This document shows positions 25,950 through 39,740 of a DNA stretch of 64,000 nucleotides, piece after piece; position 1 is the stretch's first letter, and each line of letters starts with the position of its first letter. The stretch spans positions 44,826,001 to 44,890,000 of the forward strand of contig NC_043013.1 in assembly GCF_006345805.1 (NCBI RefSeq), written 5' to 3'. The notes under the pieces were generated by a model. It worked only from the letters and a program-made list of their open reading frames with translations. It searched no databases and was not told the origin of the DNA. The stretch is from Octopus sinensis (taxonomy: Eukaryota). A program made the translations under genes and the position numbers.

Positions 25950-27150
25950 GGTGCCCTCGTAACTCAAAACACGGAATTTGAAACAGGCAGAGTGATATTC
26001 GAATCGAAAACATTTTGTGTACCAGAAGTTTTACTTCTGGTGCGAATGTCGTCGCTCGATTCCTACGCAAAAAATTCGAGAGAGCTTTCCGGAGGACGTG
26101 GGCACCCCGAACGTGAGACCTACACCGAGGCTCTTAAAGGGGTTCCCAAAAACGTCCCCACCAATTATGGAAGTCGAACCACCCAACCTTCACATAATCT
26201 ATTCTGTTTATACTGATCTATTCTTTTCTGTTATCTGGAGAGTTTGCCTGCTACTGCTATGATTCATTGTTTCAACTCTTCTATTACAGCCCCAAATCCT
26301 TTCTCTTTGACTTGGTATCTTTTCTCGAGGGAAGATTTACATCTTGTGTTTCCCAACTTGTTCAGTTTCCAGGCTTCTATTTTACTCGGCTCTTGTCTTA
26401 AAGTCTTCACTTTATTTTGTAGTCTCCTTTTCCACATTTGCTCTCATTTAATCTTTCCCTGTGAGATATCTAATCTTCTGGTGACTACTACCCCTCCTGC
26501 ATTGATCAGCAAATTAGTGTCTCCTATATTTTTAGTATCTATCCTATTGATAACAGAAGCTACTTTCCTAGTCATTTCTAGCAGCTTCCTTCTGTTGGTG
26601 CCTTTTAATGCTGGCAATCCTTTTCTTTCTTCTTTACTCATTACTTCCTGCAACTCATCTAAAGTCTTCTGGTCTTCCTCACTTAAGTCGCTTAAGTCGC
26701 TAATGCCAGTTGTCTCTTCTTTATTAGTTGCGCTATTATTATTTTTTTCCCTTTAGAATCTTCTTTGGTTTAAGCTGTATCTCTTATGTTGTTGTTTGTC
26801 TTTCCCACTGCCTGGTCTTTCTTTTCCAGTTCTCTTGTGATCTCTTCTTCCAATTTTGCCATCCATTTTCTTCTCCTAATAGCATAAGCTTGATCAACTA
26901 ATCTCTGCTCAGTCACTTTAAACATACCTTTCCCTACCCAAAATGTTAACATCCGTTTTCTACAATCCCTTCTTTCAGGTTCACTTTCTAAGTAGCACTG
27001 CATCACTATCCTGTTTTCTAATCGATAACGCCGGTCGGCAGACTGATGCCTGAGGGTTGCATCAAGTGGCTTCTAGCGGCGGAGGCTTGAGCTGCAACGA
27101 GCTTGTCATACAGAGAACGCTTCCGGTTACTTTTGGTTACCCTCTCGTAA
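25950..27150 (-). mobile_element. 5' region of a second R4/Dong-type LINE
   Basis: MQCYLESEP..RKRML..W...GMFKVTEQRLVDQA.AIRRRKW is homologous to the N-terminus at 24980-25393. Confidence 0.65.
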
Positions 27151-27390
27151 ATATATTAACTTTTATTTTTTACTTATTTCAGTCATTAGACTGTGGCTAT
27201 GCTGGGGGCACCGTCTTGAAAAGATTTTAGTCGAATGAATCAACCCCGGACCTTATTAATTTTTTAAAGTCTGGTACTTATTCTATCGAGCTATTTTGCC
27301 GAACCGTTAAGTTACGGGGTAAACACACCAACACCAGTTGTCAAGCGGTGGAGGAGGGGAATAAACACAGACACAGAGACATACACAGAT

Positions 27391-27422
<32 letters not shown>

Positions 27423-27424
27423 AT

Positions 27425-27455
<31 letters not shown>

Positions 27456-27463
27456 TAGATAGG

Positions 27464-27577
<114 letters not shown>

Positions 27578-27596
27578 TACATACAGACAGACAGAC

Positions 27597-27714
<118 letters not shown>

Positions 27715-27748
27715 GCAGACAGGCAGACAGGCAGACAGGCAGACAGGC

Positions 27749-27819
<71 letters not shown>

Positions 27820-28060
27820 CGACGGGTTTCTTTCAGTTTCCGTCTACTAAATCCGCTCACATGGCTTTGGTCGGCCTGTGGCTATATTAGAAGGCACTTG
27901 CCCAAGGTGCCGCGCAGCGATACTGAACCCGGAACCATATGATTAGGACACAAGCTTCTTACTACACAGCCACGCTTAGACAAAAATATAATTGCCAGTG
28001 ACTTCGAAGTTTCGACCAGCTAACCGATCGTCTTTTACGTACCCTAGTTTATATATATAA

Positions 28061-29170
28061 TACGGGAAGTCAAAGATTATCTGCAATTTAACAAAAATTT
28101 TCTGGCCACCATGCCTTCAGGGCTTGCGCAGTAAAAGGTGGTACTCTTTAATAAAAGGCATTGGCAAAATGTTTTATATTAATTAAAAGAGAATTTTTTG
28201 CTCTACAAGATAATGTGCTTTGATTTTTCAATTTTACAGATTTTTGTGTATTTTCAGATCATTAAAATGGAATGTGAAATGGACGAAAATGAGTATTTTC
28301 GGCACCATTCGCTTTTTGCATTTAATCGTGTTAAGGCTGCCGAAGCTACTCGTGAGATTTATGTTGCGCATGGAAAAGGAGCAATGCCTCAAAGTACCGC
28401 CCGCCGTAGGTTTTCGCGCTTTAAAAATGGGAATTTTTACCTCAAGGACGGATGACACACCGGGCGACTAACTCGATGAAGATTGATTGAATCAACTTCT
28501 TCACGAAAATCCACGTCAAATTGGGGGAGCAGATGAACTGTAATCAAAAACTGTGGTGAACCACCTTCACTCAATGGGTAAGGTTCAGAAACTCGGCGCT
28601 TAGGTGCCACACAATTTGAGCGAAAATAGTAAAAATCAACTCTCCACAATTACCGTCAGTTTGCTCGCTCGACATCGCTCAACCCACGGTCACTAACAGC
28701 GTTTTCTTTACCGCATTGTCACTGGCGATGAAAAATGGTGCCTTTACGTTGATATGAAGCAGCGAAAAAAATGGCTCAGCACCAACAAACAAGCGACTCT
28801 GCGAGCAAAACAAGACCTTCATCCTCGAAAAAATCATATTGTGTGTATGTTGGGACTGATGAGACATAATTCATTACGAACAGCTTGAGCGCAACAAAAC
28901 ACTCAATGCTGAGTTCTACGTTCAACAACTTCACCGACGCAACGAAGCAATTCAGAAAATGAGACCGAATAGGCGAAAGGGTGTTCCTCTGCAACACGAC
29001 AAGGCCTGACCACTTTGTGAGGTGTATCGCTCAATAACGACGTGGGATTGAGGGCTTGGTTGGACGAATTCTTTGAGTCAGGACGGAGATTTCTATCGTC
29101 GAGGCATCCAAACACTTATTGAACGATGGGAGGAAGTCATAAACAACAACGGAGAGTATGCTATTAATTA
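28061..29170 (+). mobile_element. Degenerate mariner (DD34D-type) transposon
   Basis: YFRHHSLFAFNR..AAEATREI..HGKGA..STARRRFSRFKNGNF (HTH); FLYRIVTGDEKWCLY; multiple stops and frameshifts. Confidence 0.85.
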
Positions 29171-29299
29171 ATTTGTTGTAGTTTTTTTTGTTTATGCCTC
29201 AACCCAATATGTGTGTGTGTGTTGTGTGTGTGTGTGTGTGTGCATATGTATATATGTACACATGCATATAAATAGATATATGGTGGTTGTCTACTCCTT

Positions 29300-30310
29300 A
29301 TGCAGAGTTTAGCCACCTCCTGTACCTACACCTTAGAACCAGCATGACATCTGATGTAGCTTTTTAAACCAGACAATGTTTTGAAAAGACACCCACATAG
29401 ATTGGATATCTGATTTGGACCACCAAGAGCTGCAGTTAAGCTCTGATCTTTGTGGATCTTATAATGTCTTTTGAGACCTGTTAGATTTGCACACATTCTG
29501 GCATACATTGCATTCAAAGGTGTGTACAGACATATAGGTAGAATAGTTGGTGTAGGTTCGTTTTCCATGGGTTCTCAAATGAGATTTGAGCCCAGCAAAA
29601 GAAAGGCATGGTCTATCACAAACTGTGCACACAAAAAGGTCATTGTGATTCACGTTCTCGATAGTAACATTCTTTTTTAAATCTCTCTTGAGTCTTGCAT
29701 GTGTTATCCTAGCCTCTTCAAACACTTTCACACCACTCTACACTTTTGTTCACCATCCAGCTCAATCCAAAGCAAGGGTTTCTATGTCCTCTGGATTCAT
29801 TCCAAGTGACTTCATCGTAGTCCTCATGCCGTCCTTAAACCTTTTTTTAAAGTTTACGCCGATAGTGTTTCTCCTCTGCAAGCTCACCATAAAACAGCTG
29901 TTTAGGTGTGCATTCATCTGCCATTCGAACAATATGGTCACACCATCTCATTTGGTTTCTCAAAACCATAGCTTTAATTGAGGTGATGCCTGCAGATGCA
30001 AGGACATCTGTATTTGGGGTAAAAGAACTCCATTTAATATTTAAAATGCGATGAAGGCATTTTTGGTGGAATTGTTCTAACAATTCAAAATGCTTTTCAT
30101 AACAAGTCCATGTTTTACAAGAATACAACAGGGATGGTAAGACAAAGGATTTGTAAAGAGCCAACTTTGTATTGTTATTTATATGTCGTTGGCGCGAAAC
30201 GCGTGACACCAAGCCACCAAATGCTTTTGCTGCCCTTTGAATTCGCAGATGTATTCCTGTATCAAGATTACCATCATTTTGTACAGAACTTCCAAGGTAG
30301 ATGAACGAAT
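29300..30310 (-). mobile_element. RTE-clade LINE 3' fragment with C-terminal C2H2 zinc fingers
   Basis: KLALYKSFVLPSLLYSCKTW..HQKCLHRILNIKW..MRWCDHIVRM..PKQLFYGEL, then CTVC..GLKSHLRTH, CNVC..GLKRHYKIH and CGC..GLKSYIRCH. Confidence 0.8.
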
Positions 30311-30585
30311 CAACAACCTCAGGTAAGTTACCCTAAACAAAAATAGATAGGTACATACACACATGTATATATGTATAAACATCTACAATAGGCGTAGGAG
30401 TGGCTGTGTGGTAAGTAGCTTGCTAACCAACCACACGGTTCTGGGTTCATTCCCACTGCGTGGAACCTTGGGCAAGTGTCTTCTGCTATAGCCCCGGGCC
30501 GACCAATGCCTTGTGAGTGGATTTGGTAGACGGAAACTGAAAGAAGCCTGTCGTATATATATATATATATAATATATATATATAC

Positions 30586-30625
<40 letters not shown>

Positions 30626-30910
30626 TTGTGTGTCTGTCTTTGTCCCCTAGCATTGCTTGACAACCGATGCTGGTGTGTTTACATCCCCGTCACTTAGCGG
30701 TTCGGCAAAAGAGACCGATAGAATAAGTACTGGGCTTACAAAGAATAAGTCCCGGGGTCGATTTGCTCGACTAAATGCGGTGCTCCAGCATGGCCGCAGT
30801 CAAATGACTGAAACAAGTAAAAGAGTAAAAGAGAGAGTAATATATGTACAAGGATAAACATACATATGTGAGTGTGTTTCTGTATATACGCGTGTGTGCG
30901 TGTGTGCGTG

Positions 30911-30951
<41 letters not shown>

Positions 30952-32425
30952 GCATGCGTGCGTACGTGTGTGTGTGTTGTCATGACGCTATCGACACACA
31001 GAAGTGCTGTTACATCCGTTTGAAAAACCACTTATATGACACGTATTTAATTAATCAAATATTAAGGCGTTAATGTAATATATTTATTCACACACTTCTG
31101 TATTGATGGTATGTATTTATGCTTGTATGTATGTATGTATGTATGTATGTATGTATGTATGTATGTATGTATGTATGTATATAAAGAGAGGGAGGGTGGA
31201 TGGGTGAATGTGTGTGTTTTCTTTTCCTAAATGCAGTTCCAATTTATCGTCGTCGAAAGCCACCTGTTGGCAAGTGAGGCCGAACAGAGGAGATATTTTT
31301 AAAGCGGATCTCGTTTTCTCCGTCTTCCTTCGCACAAAATTTCACCCTTTGAATTTCAAGCCTTTCAGAACTTGCTGTCCCAGTTGTGGTAATCGTCTGT
31401 AATATAAAAATTATAGAGTCTACACTCTTCCGCCACGTCCTCAATTTCAGCCTTACTTGATGGAAGCACGCCGTCGGTTACGACGACGAGGGTTCCGGTT
31501 GATCCGAATCAACAGAACAGCCTGCTCGTGAAATTAACGTGTAAGTGGCTGAGCACTCCACAGACATGCACCCTTAACGTAGTTCTCGGGGATATTCAGC
31601 GTGACACAGAGAGTGACAAGGCCGGTCCCTTGAAATAAAGGTACAACAGAAACAGGAAGTAAGAGTGAGAGAAAGTTGTGGTGAAAGAGTACAGCAGGGA
31701 TCACCACCATCCCCTGCCGGAGCCTCGTGGAGCTTTTAGGTGTTTTCGCTCAATAAATACTCACAACGCCCTAACCACTGGGCCATTGCGCCTCCAGCCT
31801 TACTTAGATCTAGGCAGAATGCTATGTAGGCTTTTGCTACAATAATAACGGCTATAAAGCTGAAAAAACATATCTGAGGTACTGGATATTAAAAAAAAAC
31901 TCCTCCTTAGTGATTCATAGATGTCTTCATTCTCCTGTAGTTTTCTCATCACGTTGATGTTAAGTAGGCTGCTAACTTCCATAAGAGTGCATTGTTAAGT
32001 TTAGTGGTCCTGCACAACAATATCCATTTGTGCTTTAATAAGATTGTTGGTTCTTATTCTTACTTTATATTATGTCCATTACCTGGAAATCTTTCGTCAC
32101 ACACCTGTGACCCCTTCAGCGACCCATTCCATCCACCTGTGTCCTCCTGCTGCACCACATTCCGCTGATATTTTGTTTTGAGTCATCTATCGCAATATTC
32201 TATTATTCTTTTACTTGGTCCAGTCATTTGACTGCGGCCAAGCTTGAGCACTACCTTAAAGGGTTTTAGTCGAAGTTATTCTTTGTAAGGCTGCTACTTA
32301 TTCTATCAGCCGCTTTCACCGAACCGCTAAGATACGGGGACATAAACACACCAGCGTCGGTTGTCAAGCGATGGTGAGGTGACAAACACACACACACACA
32401 CACGCACACGCACGCACACACACAC

Positions 32426-32458
<33 letters not shown>

Positions 32459-32621
32459 GTAATGTAATATGTGACAATTATTCGGTAGCCGAAAAAAACA
32501 AAAGACGAAGACAGGTGGTGTACAAAACAAACAGATGTTTTAGTATAACGCTCAGGAATAGAAAAAGTATTTTATGTTTCGAGCCTACGCTCTTCTACAG
32601 AAAGGGACACAGAAAAAAAAT

Positions 32622-33222
32622 ATATGTATGTATGTATGTATGTATTATGTATGTATGTGTATGTATGTATGTATGTATGTATGTATGTATATATTATGTA
32701 TGTATGCATGTATTATGTATGTATGTATGTATGTATGTGTGTATGTGTGTATGTATGTATGTGTGTATGTATGTATGTATGTATGTATGTATGTGTGTAT
32801 GTATGTATGTATTATGTATGATGTATGTATGTATGTATGTTTGTATGTGTGTATGTATGTATGTATGTATGTATGTATGCATGTATGTGTGTATGTATGT
32901 ATGTATTATGTATGTATGTATGTATGTATGTATGTGTGTATGTATGTATGTATTATGTATGTATGTATGTGTGTATGTATGTATGTATGTATGTATGTAT
33001 GTATGTATTATGTATGTATGTATGTATGTACGTACGTACGTATGTATGTATGTATACATGCATGTACGTATGTATGTATGTATGTATGTAAGTATGTATG
33101 TATGTATGTATGTATGTATGTATGTATGTATGTGCGCACGTAGGTATGTGTACGTGTGTGCATGTATGTATGTGTGTATGTATGTACATGTGTGTATGTA
33201 TGTACATGTGTGTATGTATGTA
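32622..33222. repeat. (TATG)n microsatellite
   Basis: ~600-bp degenerate tetranucleotide array. Confidence 0.97.
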
Positions 33223-33568
33223 TGGGAGTATTAACTCTGAACATATACCGTTATTTTAAGGCACATAAGGAACCCTTTTTTTGTCAAAAATTAATTTTAA
33301 AAATTTGTGAGTTTCTTATACATGGATAGTATTATAAACCCTTACAAAATCTTTTTTCCAAATTTTAAGCCCCTAAAAATTAGTGGGTTCCTTATACACG
33401 TTAAAATGTGGTATATGCCAAAATTTAAAGCTACACTGAAGCGCCATTTTCATAATGTGTGTGTGTGTATGTGTGTGCGTGCGTGCGTGCGAGTGTGTGT
33501 GTGTGTGTGTATGTGGAGATAGGTAGATTGGTTGATAGATAGATAGACAGACAGACAGACAATTAAAC

Positions 33569-33649
<81 letters not shown>

Positions 33650-34689
33650 TGTTTCTTTATTAGCCACACAGGGCTGCACACAGACAGGACAAAATTACAA
33701 GGTAGAGCTTTTCTTTTGGGGCATCAAAAGGGATCGTAAATGGAAAGAAAGAGGACAAAAAAAGGGGGGGATAAAATAAAAAAAAATTTTTTTAAAGTTG
33801 CAAAAAAAAAAAGAAATATAACATGTGACTTCATTGACCGAGGTTACCGTGGTCTTTTCCGTAGGCTTTTCTTTCCACGGGTAAACCTCACCTGTCCTCC
33901 CCTTTACACTTCATATTGACATTTCTAATACAACAAAATGAAACAGTATGTAGGCATTGTGAACATATGGTTTAGAAATTGACATCTTTCTGAATGTTGC
34001 ATTGTCTTTTGTACGCAAAATACAGATAGCATTAGAAGCCCCTGGCTGACATGTTTCAATTGTATCAACGAGAAAAAAGAAAGGCATTCTAAACGTTTGA
34101 ATACTATAAGGACACCGCAATTCATCTAACGGTTTCAAAATATTATCTATGACGATTCCTGAAAATCAATGAGGTTGATCGCCAAAGATTTTCAGGTGAC
34201 TGAGTGGACTACCAGAACTGTGGTGCGCGAGAACATTCGATACAAGGTTTATGTACTGAGGAGAAACCAATCCATGCCAGCTGGCAGAAACGTTGGCACG
34301 CCTGGCGAAATTCCGCCGAGGTCGACTTTGCCTTTCATCCTTTTGGGGTCGATTAAATAAGTACCAGTTACGCACTGGGGTTGATGTAATCGACTTAATC
34401 AGTGTATCTGTCCTTGTTTGTCCTCTATGTGTTTAGTCCCTTTAGGGTAGTAAAGAAATAGATATTTCGTCTGCCGCTACGTTCTGAGTTCAAATTCCGC
34501 CGAGGTCGACTTTGCCTTTCATCCTTTCGGGATCGATTAAATAAGTACCAGTTACGCACTGGGGTCGATGTAATCGACTTTATCCGTTTGTCTGTCCTTG
34601 TTTGTCCCCTCTGTGTTTAGCCCCTTGTGGGCAGTAAAAAATAAGAAACCAATTCATGTCTGTAAAGACAGAGGGAAAACCGTCTAATC

Positions 34690-35370
34690 TGTAACAGACC
34701 TTTATAAATATGGCGCACTTTGGACCCTCTCTGATGAGAAACACTTCGAGCAAAACCAAAAGTCTTACAGGAGAAATGACAGATGGTTATGTGCAGATCC
34801 TCATTATGTCACCAGCAAGATGCACGCCAAGTCTCCAACATACTTGATGCTTTTAAGAGTGGTGAGTAACGTCGGTCATGTCATGCCACTTCGCGTATTT
34901 CCACTGGGTCTAAGAATTAACGCAGCTGAAAACGTTTAGGAGCCGGAGACAGTTGTTAAGCCCTAGATGGATGAAGAATGCAATGGAAGGCCATATGTGT
35001 TTTGAAAAACCTCAGTTCCTTCTCACAAAGTCCACTTAACCAAGAATAGATGTCAGACAATCTTTATGATCATGTAACACCAAACTCGTGGCCTCCAAAC
35101 TCACCAGCTTTTTGCAAGAGGTACTGAAAAGCTCCTGTCTTCGTGCACCCTTCGTAAATTTCAGCACTCCATTGTAAATCGTATGGACTACCACGTTTGG
35201 AACGTCATTTAAAGAAAACCTAGTCGACATCATAACAATAGCTGAGCTTTATTGTAGGCTTCTATTGCCCTGGTGATGCCCAGACTGAATAAGGACCGTT
35301 TAATGTGGACACGTCAGCAATTCCAATCCCACGTTGCAGCAGTTATCGAAGCTGAACGTGGATTCAGAGA
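34690..35370 (+). mobile_element. DD37D/maT-like transposase fragment
   Basis: SDEKHF, GRPYVF, WPPNSP and MDYHVW motifs, heavily decayed. Confidence 0.55.
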
Positions 35371-35647
35371 ACAATCTTGGAAAAATTATCAAGAATATTT
35401 TTTTTTAAATACATTTGTTTTATATTTTAATTATATTTTAATTAGAATTATATTTTAAAATACGTCCTGAAAATACCTCTTGCACTTTGTATGTCATCAT
35501 TCAGTTTTATTTCAAAATTTTTTGCCAGTAGGGAAGGAGCCGGTTTCTAGCCTACATCCAAAGCTTATTCATTGGAATTTCAACATCAAGAGGGTATTTT
35601 TCCATGTATGTGTGTATACGTACTTAGCGGCTCTACAAATGATACCT

Positions 35648-35747
35648 ACTTTAAAAAGTAGTACTGGATACCGGATTTTAAAAAGTAGTACTGGATACCG
35701 GATTTTAAAAAGTAGTACTGGATACCGGATTTTAAAAAGTAGTGCTG
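35648..35747. repeat. 27-bp minisatellite (~3.6 copies) inside a family-A SINE 3' fragment
   Basis: ttttaaaaagtagtactggataccgga repeated. Confidence 0.9.
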
Positions 35748-35989
35748 GGATCGATTCATTCGATCAAAAATAATTTAAAGTAGTGCCCCAGCATGGACGC
35801 AGTCTAATGTCTGAACACAAGTAAAAGAAGTGCCTTCAACGATCTGAGCGAAGACAGGATGCAAATAACATCTTCCAAAAAGCAGAAACCGTTGAGCAAG
35901 CGTAATAAGACAGAGAAATTAAACAACACGTCCTTCTCGTTGTAGTTTTTTTTTGTAGTTGTTTTTAGTAAATGAATCTGAATCTTTTC

Positions 35990-37210
35990 CGATCAGCTAA
36001 ATGACCTTTACAGGGTGTCAGATTAAGCTGGAGAAGGAAGTAAGGTAAGGCGATAACATCTCACTTAAGTCGTTTACATCGTGCCTGCAAGACGCTGTCA
36101 TCAACAAAATCCAATGGGACAAGAAAGGTACCGACATTGACGGAGAACAACCATGTCACCTGGATTTTGCAGATGATATCATCTTGACTCTGCATACACC
36201 TAAGTAAATGGAGGAAATGCTCACCGACATCCACACTACAAGTTAACCTGTAGGCCTCAGCATGAACCTTGGAAAGACCAAGGTCTTGTTCAACAAGCTC
36301 GCTATTCCAGCGCCCATCACCGTAAACGTCAAGATCATAGAAGAAATAGACAGCTACGTTTACCTGGTGAAAATAGGGACGAAAGACAGAAATCTCCGCC
36401 TGGTTAGGCGCCCTTTGGGAGAGTGGAAAGTCTCATGAAAAGTTTCAAAACTTCCATGAAAATTAAAAGAAAAATTTTCAACGAGTACATCCTTCCAGTG
36501 ATGATTTGCGGTAGTTAAACATGGGTTCTCAACACTACCATCATGAACGCCCTCATTGTAGCCCAACGGAAAATGGAACGAATCATGCTCGGCATCACAC
36601 TGCGGGACAAGAAAACCAATGCCTGGATTCGACAGCACACGAGAGTCAACTACATCATAAGGACTATCAAGGATAACAAATATAGATGGGATGGCCACAT
36701 CACGAGACTGAAGGACTGAAATACCCCAGTGCGTAACTGGTACTTAATTTATCGACCTTCTCTAGCCATGCCTGGCTCATAAGGGCCAGTTTCCCGGTTT
36801 CTTGGCGTACAGGTTCCCCACCTGGACGGGAAGCCGGTCCGTCGCAGGTGAGCTGCAAGATGCAGGAGGAAAGAGTGAGAGAAAGTTGTGGCGAAAGAAT
36901 CAGCAGAAGTTTCGCCATTACCTTCTGCCGGGGCTGCGTGGAGCTTAGGTGTTTCACTCATAAACACACACATCGCCCGGTCTGAGATTCGAACCCGCGA
37001 TCCCTTGACCATGAGTCCACTGCTCTAACCACTAGGCCATGTGCCTCCTCACATGATCAAGAGGCTGATCAAAGACAAGATGGCAAGATGGTCTCACTGG
37101 CTACCTGGAGTCATTAGGGCCACAACCGTCCAGAGACAGACGGCAGTGGAAGGAGTCCAGGGTGGGTTCCTCCTTCATGAGTGATGAAGTCCTGGTTGAG
37201 GTTGAGAGTT
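35990..37210 (+). mobile_element. RTE-clade LINE fragment with nested SINEs
   Basis: FADDIIL, AQRKMERIMLGITLRDK..WIR, KYRWDGHI; ends in (gttgag) repeats. Confidence 0.7.
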
Positions 37211-38081
37211 TAAGCTTAAGATATTTGTTTTGCAGCAGCTTAGTATTGGAGCAGTACTTGAATGAAAATAGGTCTTACTCTTTAAAGATAAGCAACTGAT
37301 CAAGACAGAAACATTTAGTCCGAAAAGGGAACTCGTATCTTTGGGATGTAGTTGTAGCAATATAATATGTATCAACATAATCTCATCGGAGAATGTGAGG
37401 CACAGATTTATAGAGAGTTTGAAGGAAACTCTCGCAATATCACGTGAACGCCATTTTTCCTAACATCACCCTTATACTGCCCAACTCACTGAGTGTTTCT
37501 TCATTTCTCTTACATATTCTCAAACACTCCTTGTATTCCCTAGCACTCCAATTCCCATACGTTTTCTTACGTTTCTCACGTTTTCTCACATCTACTCCTA
37601 TAGCTCTCCGTTTGTTTCCTTCGCCTCTGTTAATCTGTTAATCTCACTACGACTCAGTTAATCTCACTTTTCTTCAAACATAAGTAACAAGTTATTTTAT
37701 TCTCTCGAGTAGGTTATACGACCACAAAAAGGACAGTTTTTCTATCACAAGATGTGACAATTATGCCGGATAGATTGCATATTCTGCAATCTATCGCAAA
37801 GACATTGCTCGTCCTCTGTCTGTTTACTTAAGATCAAGTACATTGCTTGTTCTACATTATATTTCTACTACGGATCTGGGACTTTGTCCGCGGTACATGG
37901 ACAGAGATCTTAACTTGAAACTGATCGTGTATTGATATTAGATATGAACAAACTTTGGTTGTCAACAATAAGAGTTGACTGAAATATGGAATATAAAATA
38001 CGATGATTTGGTGCCCATTTATAATTTTTACGAAATTCCAGTTACGAAACGGTACAAAAGAGACATTGAGCAAATACTTAC

Positions 38082-38228
38082 CATCGCTTAGGCTAATACA
38101 ACTTTGTAGGGCTTCGACAAACTTTTCGTTTGCCCTGCAAGACAGCTCCACAGTACCGTCACGCGTGTAATATATTGTATTATTATTATTCGGATCAGCT
38201 ATAAAGGGTCTGTCTTCACAAGGAGTAG
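38082..38228 (-). CDS. Exon: degenerate chitin-binding type-2 (CBM14)-like module 1
   Basis: tttcag|CT...GATG|gtaagt; 147 nt, phase 1-1, open: (S)TPCEDRPFIADPNNNNTIYYTRDGTVELSCRANEKFVEALQSCISLSD. Keeps ADP, ELSC and F-x5-C elements of the sister domains but only 3 Cys. Confidence 0.75.
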
Positions 38229-38264
38229 CTGAAAGAGAAAGGAGAAAATCATATTTTAAAGGAC

Positions 38265-38323
<59 letters not shown>

Positions 38324-38443
38324 CAGAACCCTTTGCTGGCGATTGCTTGTTTACACCTTTTCGAGATCAGTGACTTTTCGTCACTGGAAAAAGGATATAT
38401 GTATTTGCATTGGGACCCTTTCGCATCGAAGGCCGGTGATTGC

Positions 38444-38488
38444 CGTGCGCTGACGACGGGTAAATACTCAGAAACCCGGGTCCGTGCG
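38444..38488 (+). ncRNA. Type I hammerhead ribozyme motif with palindromic stem III
   Basis: cgtgcg-CTGACGA-c gggta aa tactc a-GAAA-cccggg-TC-cgtgcg. Confidence 0.6.
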
Positions 38489-39227
38489 TATCACGTCAGG
38501 TCGACGATGGGAAGGATGGCTTCCCTTTGCAAATACTGACAGGGCACAGAAAGTGTGTCAATAGCCAGCTGGAGGAGGTGTCTTCCTGAGGCTACAAGCT
38601 ACAGTAGCATCAACCCTTAGTGGTTAACCACATTTAAGTGGTAAATATACTTCACGGTGTTGATACTGTTTTCTCGATAATTCGTTGTATTTCCATATAT
38701 AGACATAGGGCCACGCATTTTGCAGGTTGGGATGGAGACGGGGGAAGGAAAGGATCAGTTTTTACAGTACATGATGGTTACTTCTTTGTTATCGATCAAC
38801 CTTGAAGGATGAATACAGAAGGCAAAAGGAAGTCGCTAAAAGCAGGACGAAAGACCAATACCTATTTCTTTACTACCCACAAGGGGATAAACACAGAGGG
38901 GACAAACAAGGACAGACAAACATGCCTGTGCTTATCTCAATACTTTCAATAAATATCAAATTCTGAAGTATGATAATTTGGGAACCCAACATTCGAGAAA
39001 TCGCTGAATCGTCGGAGCATGCGAAAAAAGGCACTGCGATACTTGATATGTTCCGAGTTCAAATCTTGTCCATGTTAACTTTATCTTTCATGCTTCCGGG
39101 GTCGATAGAATAAAGCACCAGTTAAGTACTTGACTCGGTTTGACCGGTGGATACAAGCGTTTCACAGGTATCTTCAGGTTTCTTTAGAGCCCTTGACTCT
39201 GAAAAGCTCATATCCTCTGATTAAAGA

Positions 39228-39456
39228 GGTGGCGAGCTGGCAGAACCGTTAGCACGCCGGGCGAAATGCGTAGCCGTATTTCGTTTGCCGTTACGCTCTG
39301 AGTTCAAATTCCGCCGAGGTCGACTTTGCCTTTCATCCTTTCGGGGTCGATAAATTAAGTACCAGTTACGCACTGGGGTCGATGTAATCGACATAATCCG
39401 TTTGTCTGTCCTTGTTTGTCCCGTCTATGTTTAGCCCCTTGTGGGCAAGTAAAGAA
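39228..39456 (+). mobile_element. SINE family C (representative copy)
   Basis: GGCGAGCTGGCAGAA.CGTTAGCACGCCGGGCGAAATG...GAGTTCAAATTCCGCCGAGGTCGAC. More than 15 copies, e.g. 10196-10390, 11150-11363, 18667-18897, 34279-34642, 40810-41044, 50700-51112, 54810-55008, 57880-58080. Confidence 0.85.
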
Positions 39457-39542
39457 ACACATATCTTCTGATTAAACGATGAAATATAAATGACAACAAC
39501 AAATAGAAACAAGACAACAGGCTTTATAAAAGTTCTACTTAC

Positions 39543-39606
39543 ATGATGCAAGGACATGGTGTGTAGTTGACAGTAGTATCAGGGATAACAGAACAAGCAT
39601 CGTCAT
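39543..39606 (-). CDS. First coding exon (signal peptide) of secreted multi-CBM14 mucin/peritrophin-like protein
   Basis: Minus strand reads ttctttctccgttccag|ATGACGATGCTT...GCATCAT|gtaagt; 64 nt encoding MTMLVLLSLILLSTTHHVLAS + 1 nt. Hydrophobic signal-peptide-like; ends in phase 1 like all downstream exons. Confidence 0.8.
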
Positions 39607-39683
39607 CTGGAACGGAGAAAGAAAGAAACGTAAATCTATAATAGCGGAGGTAACAGTGGTGTAGTATGTAGTATTTTCCGAGT

Positions 39684-39685
39684 AG

Positions 39686-39740
<55 letters not shown>

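Noticed and set aside
31226-31396. Exon-like non-repetitive stretch in the 21-kb intron
   Set aside because: The phase-1 reading needed to join the mucin gene hits a stop; plausible acceptors exist on both strands and the peptide is unrecognisable.
32515-33244. MYVC and HTYI repeat ORFs (also those at 7117-7763, 27307-27860, 53545-54219)
   Set aside because: Di- and tetranucleotide microsatellites; no splice or domain evidence.
35648-35747. Regular 27-bp repeats as a CRISPR-like array (also 54577-54650)
   Set aside because: Direct tandem repeats without unique spacers, inside eukaryotic TEs.
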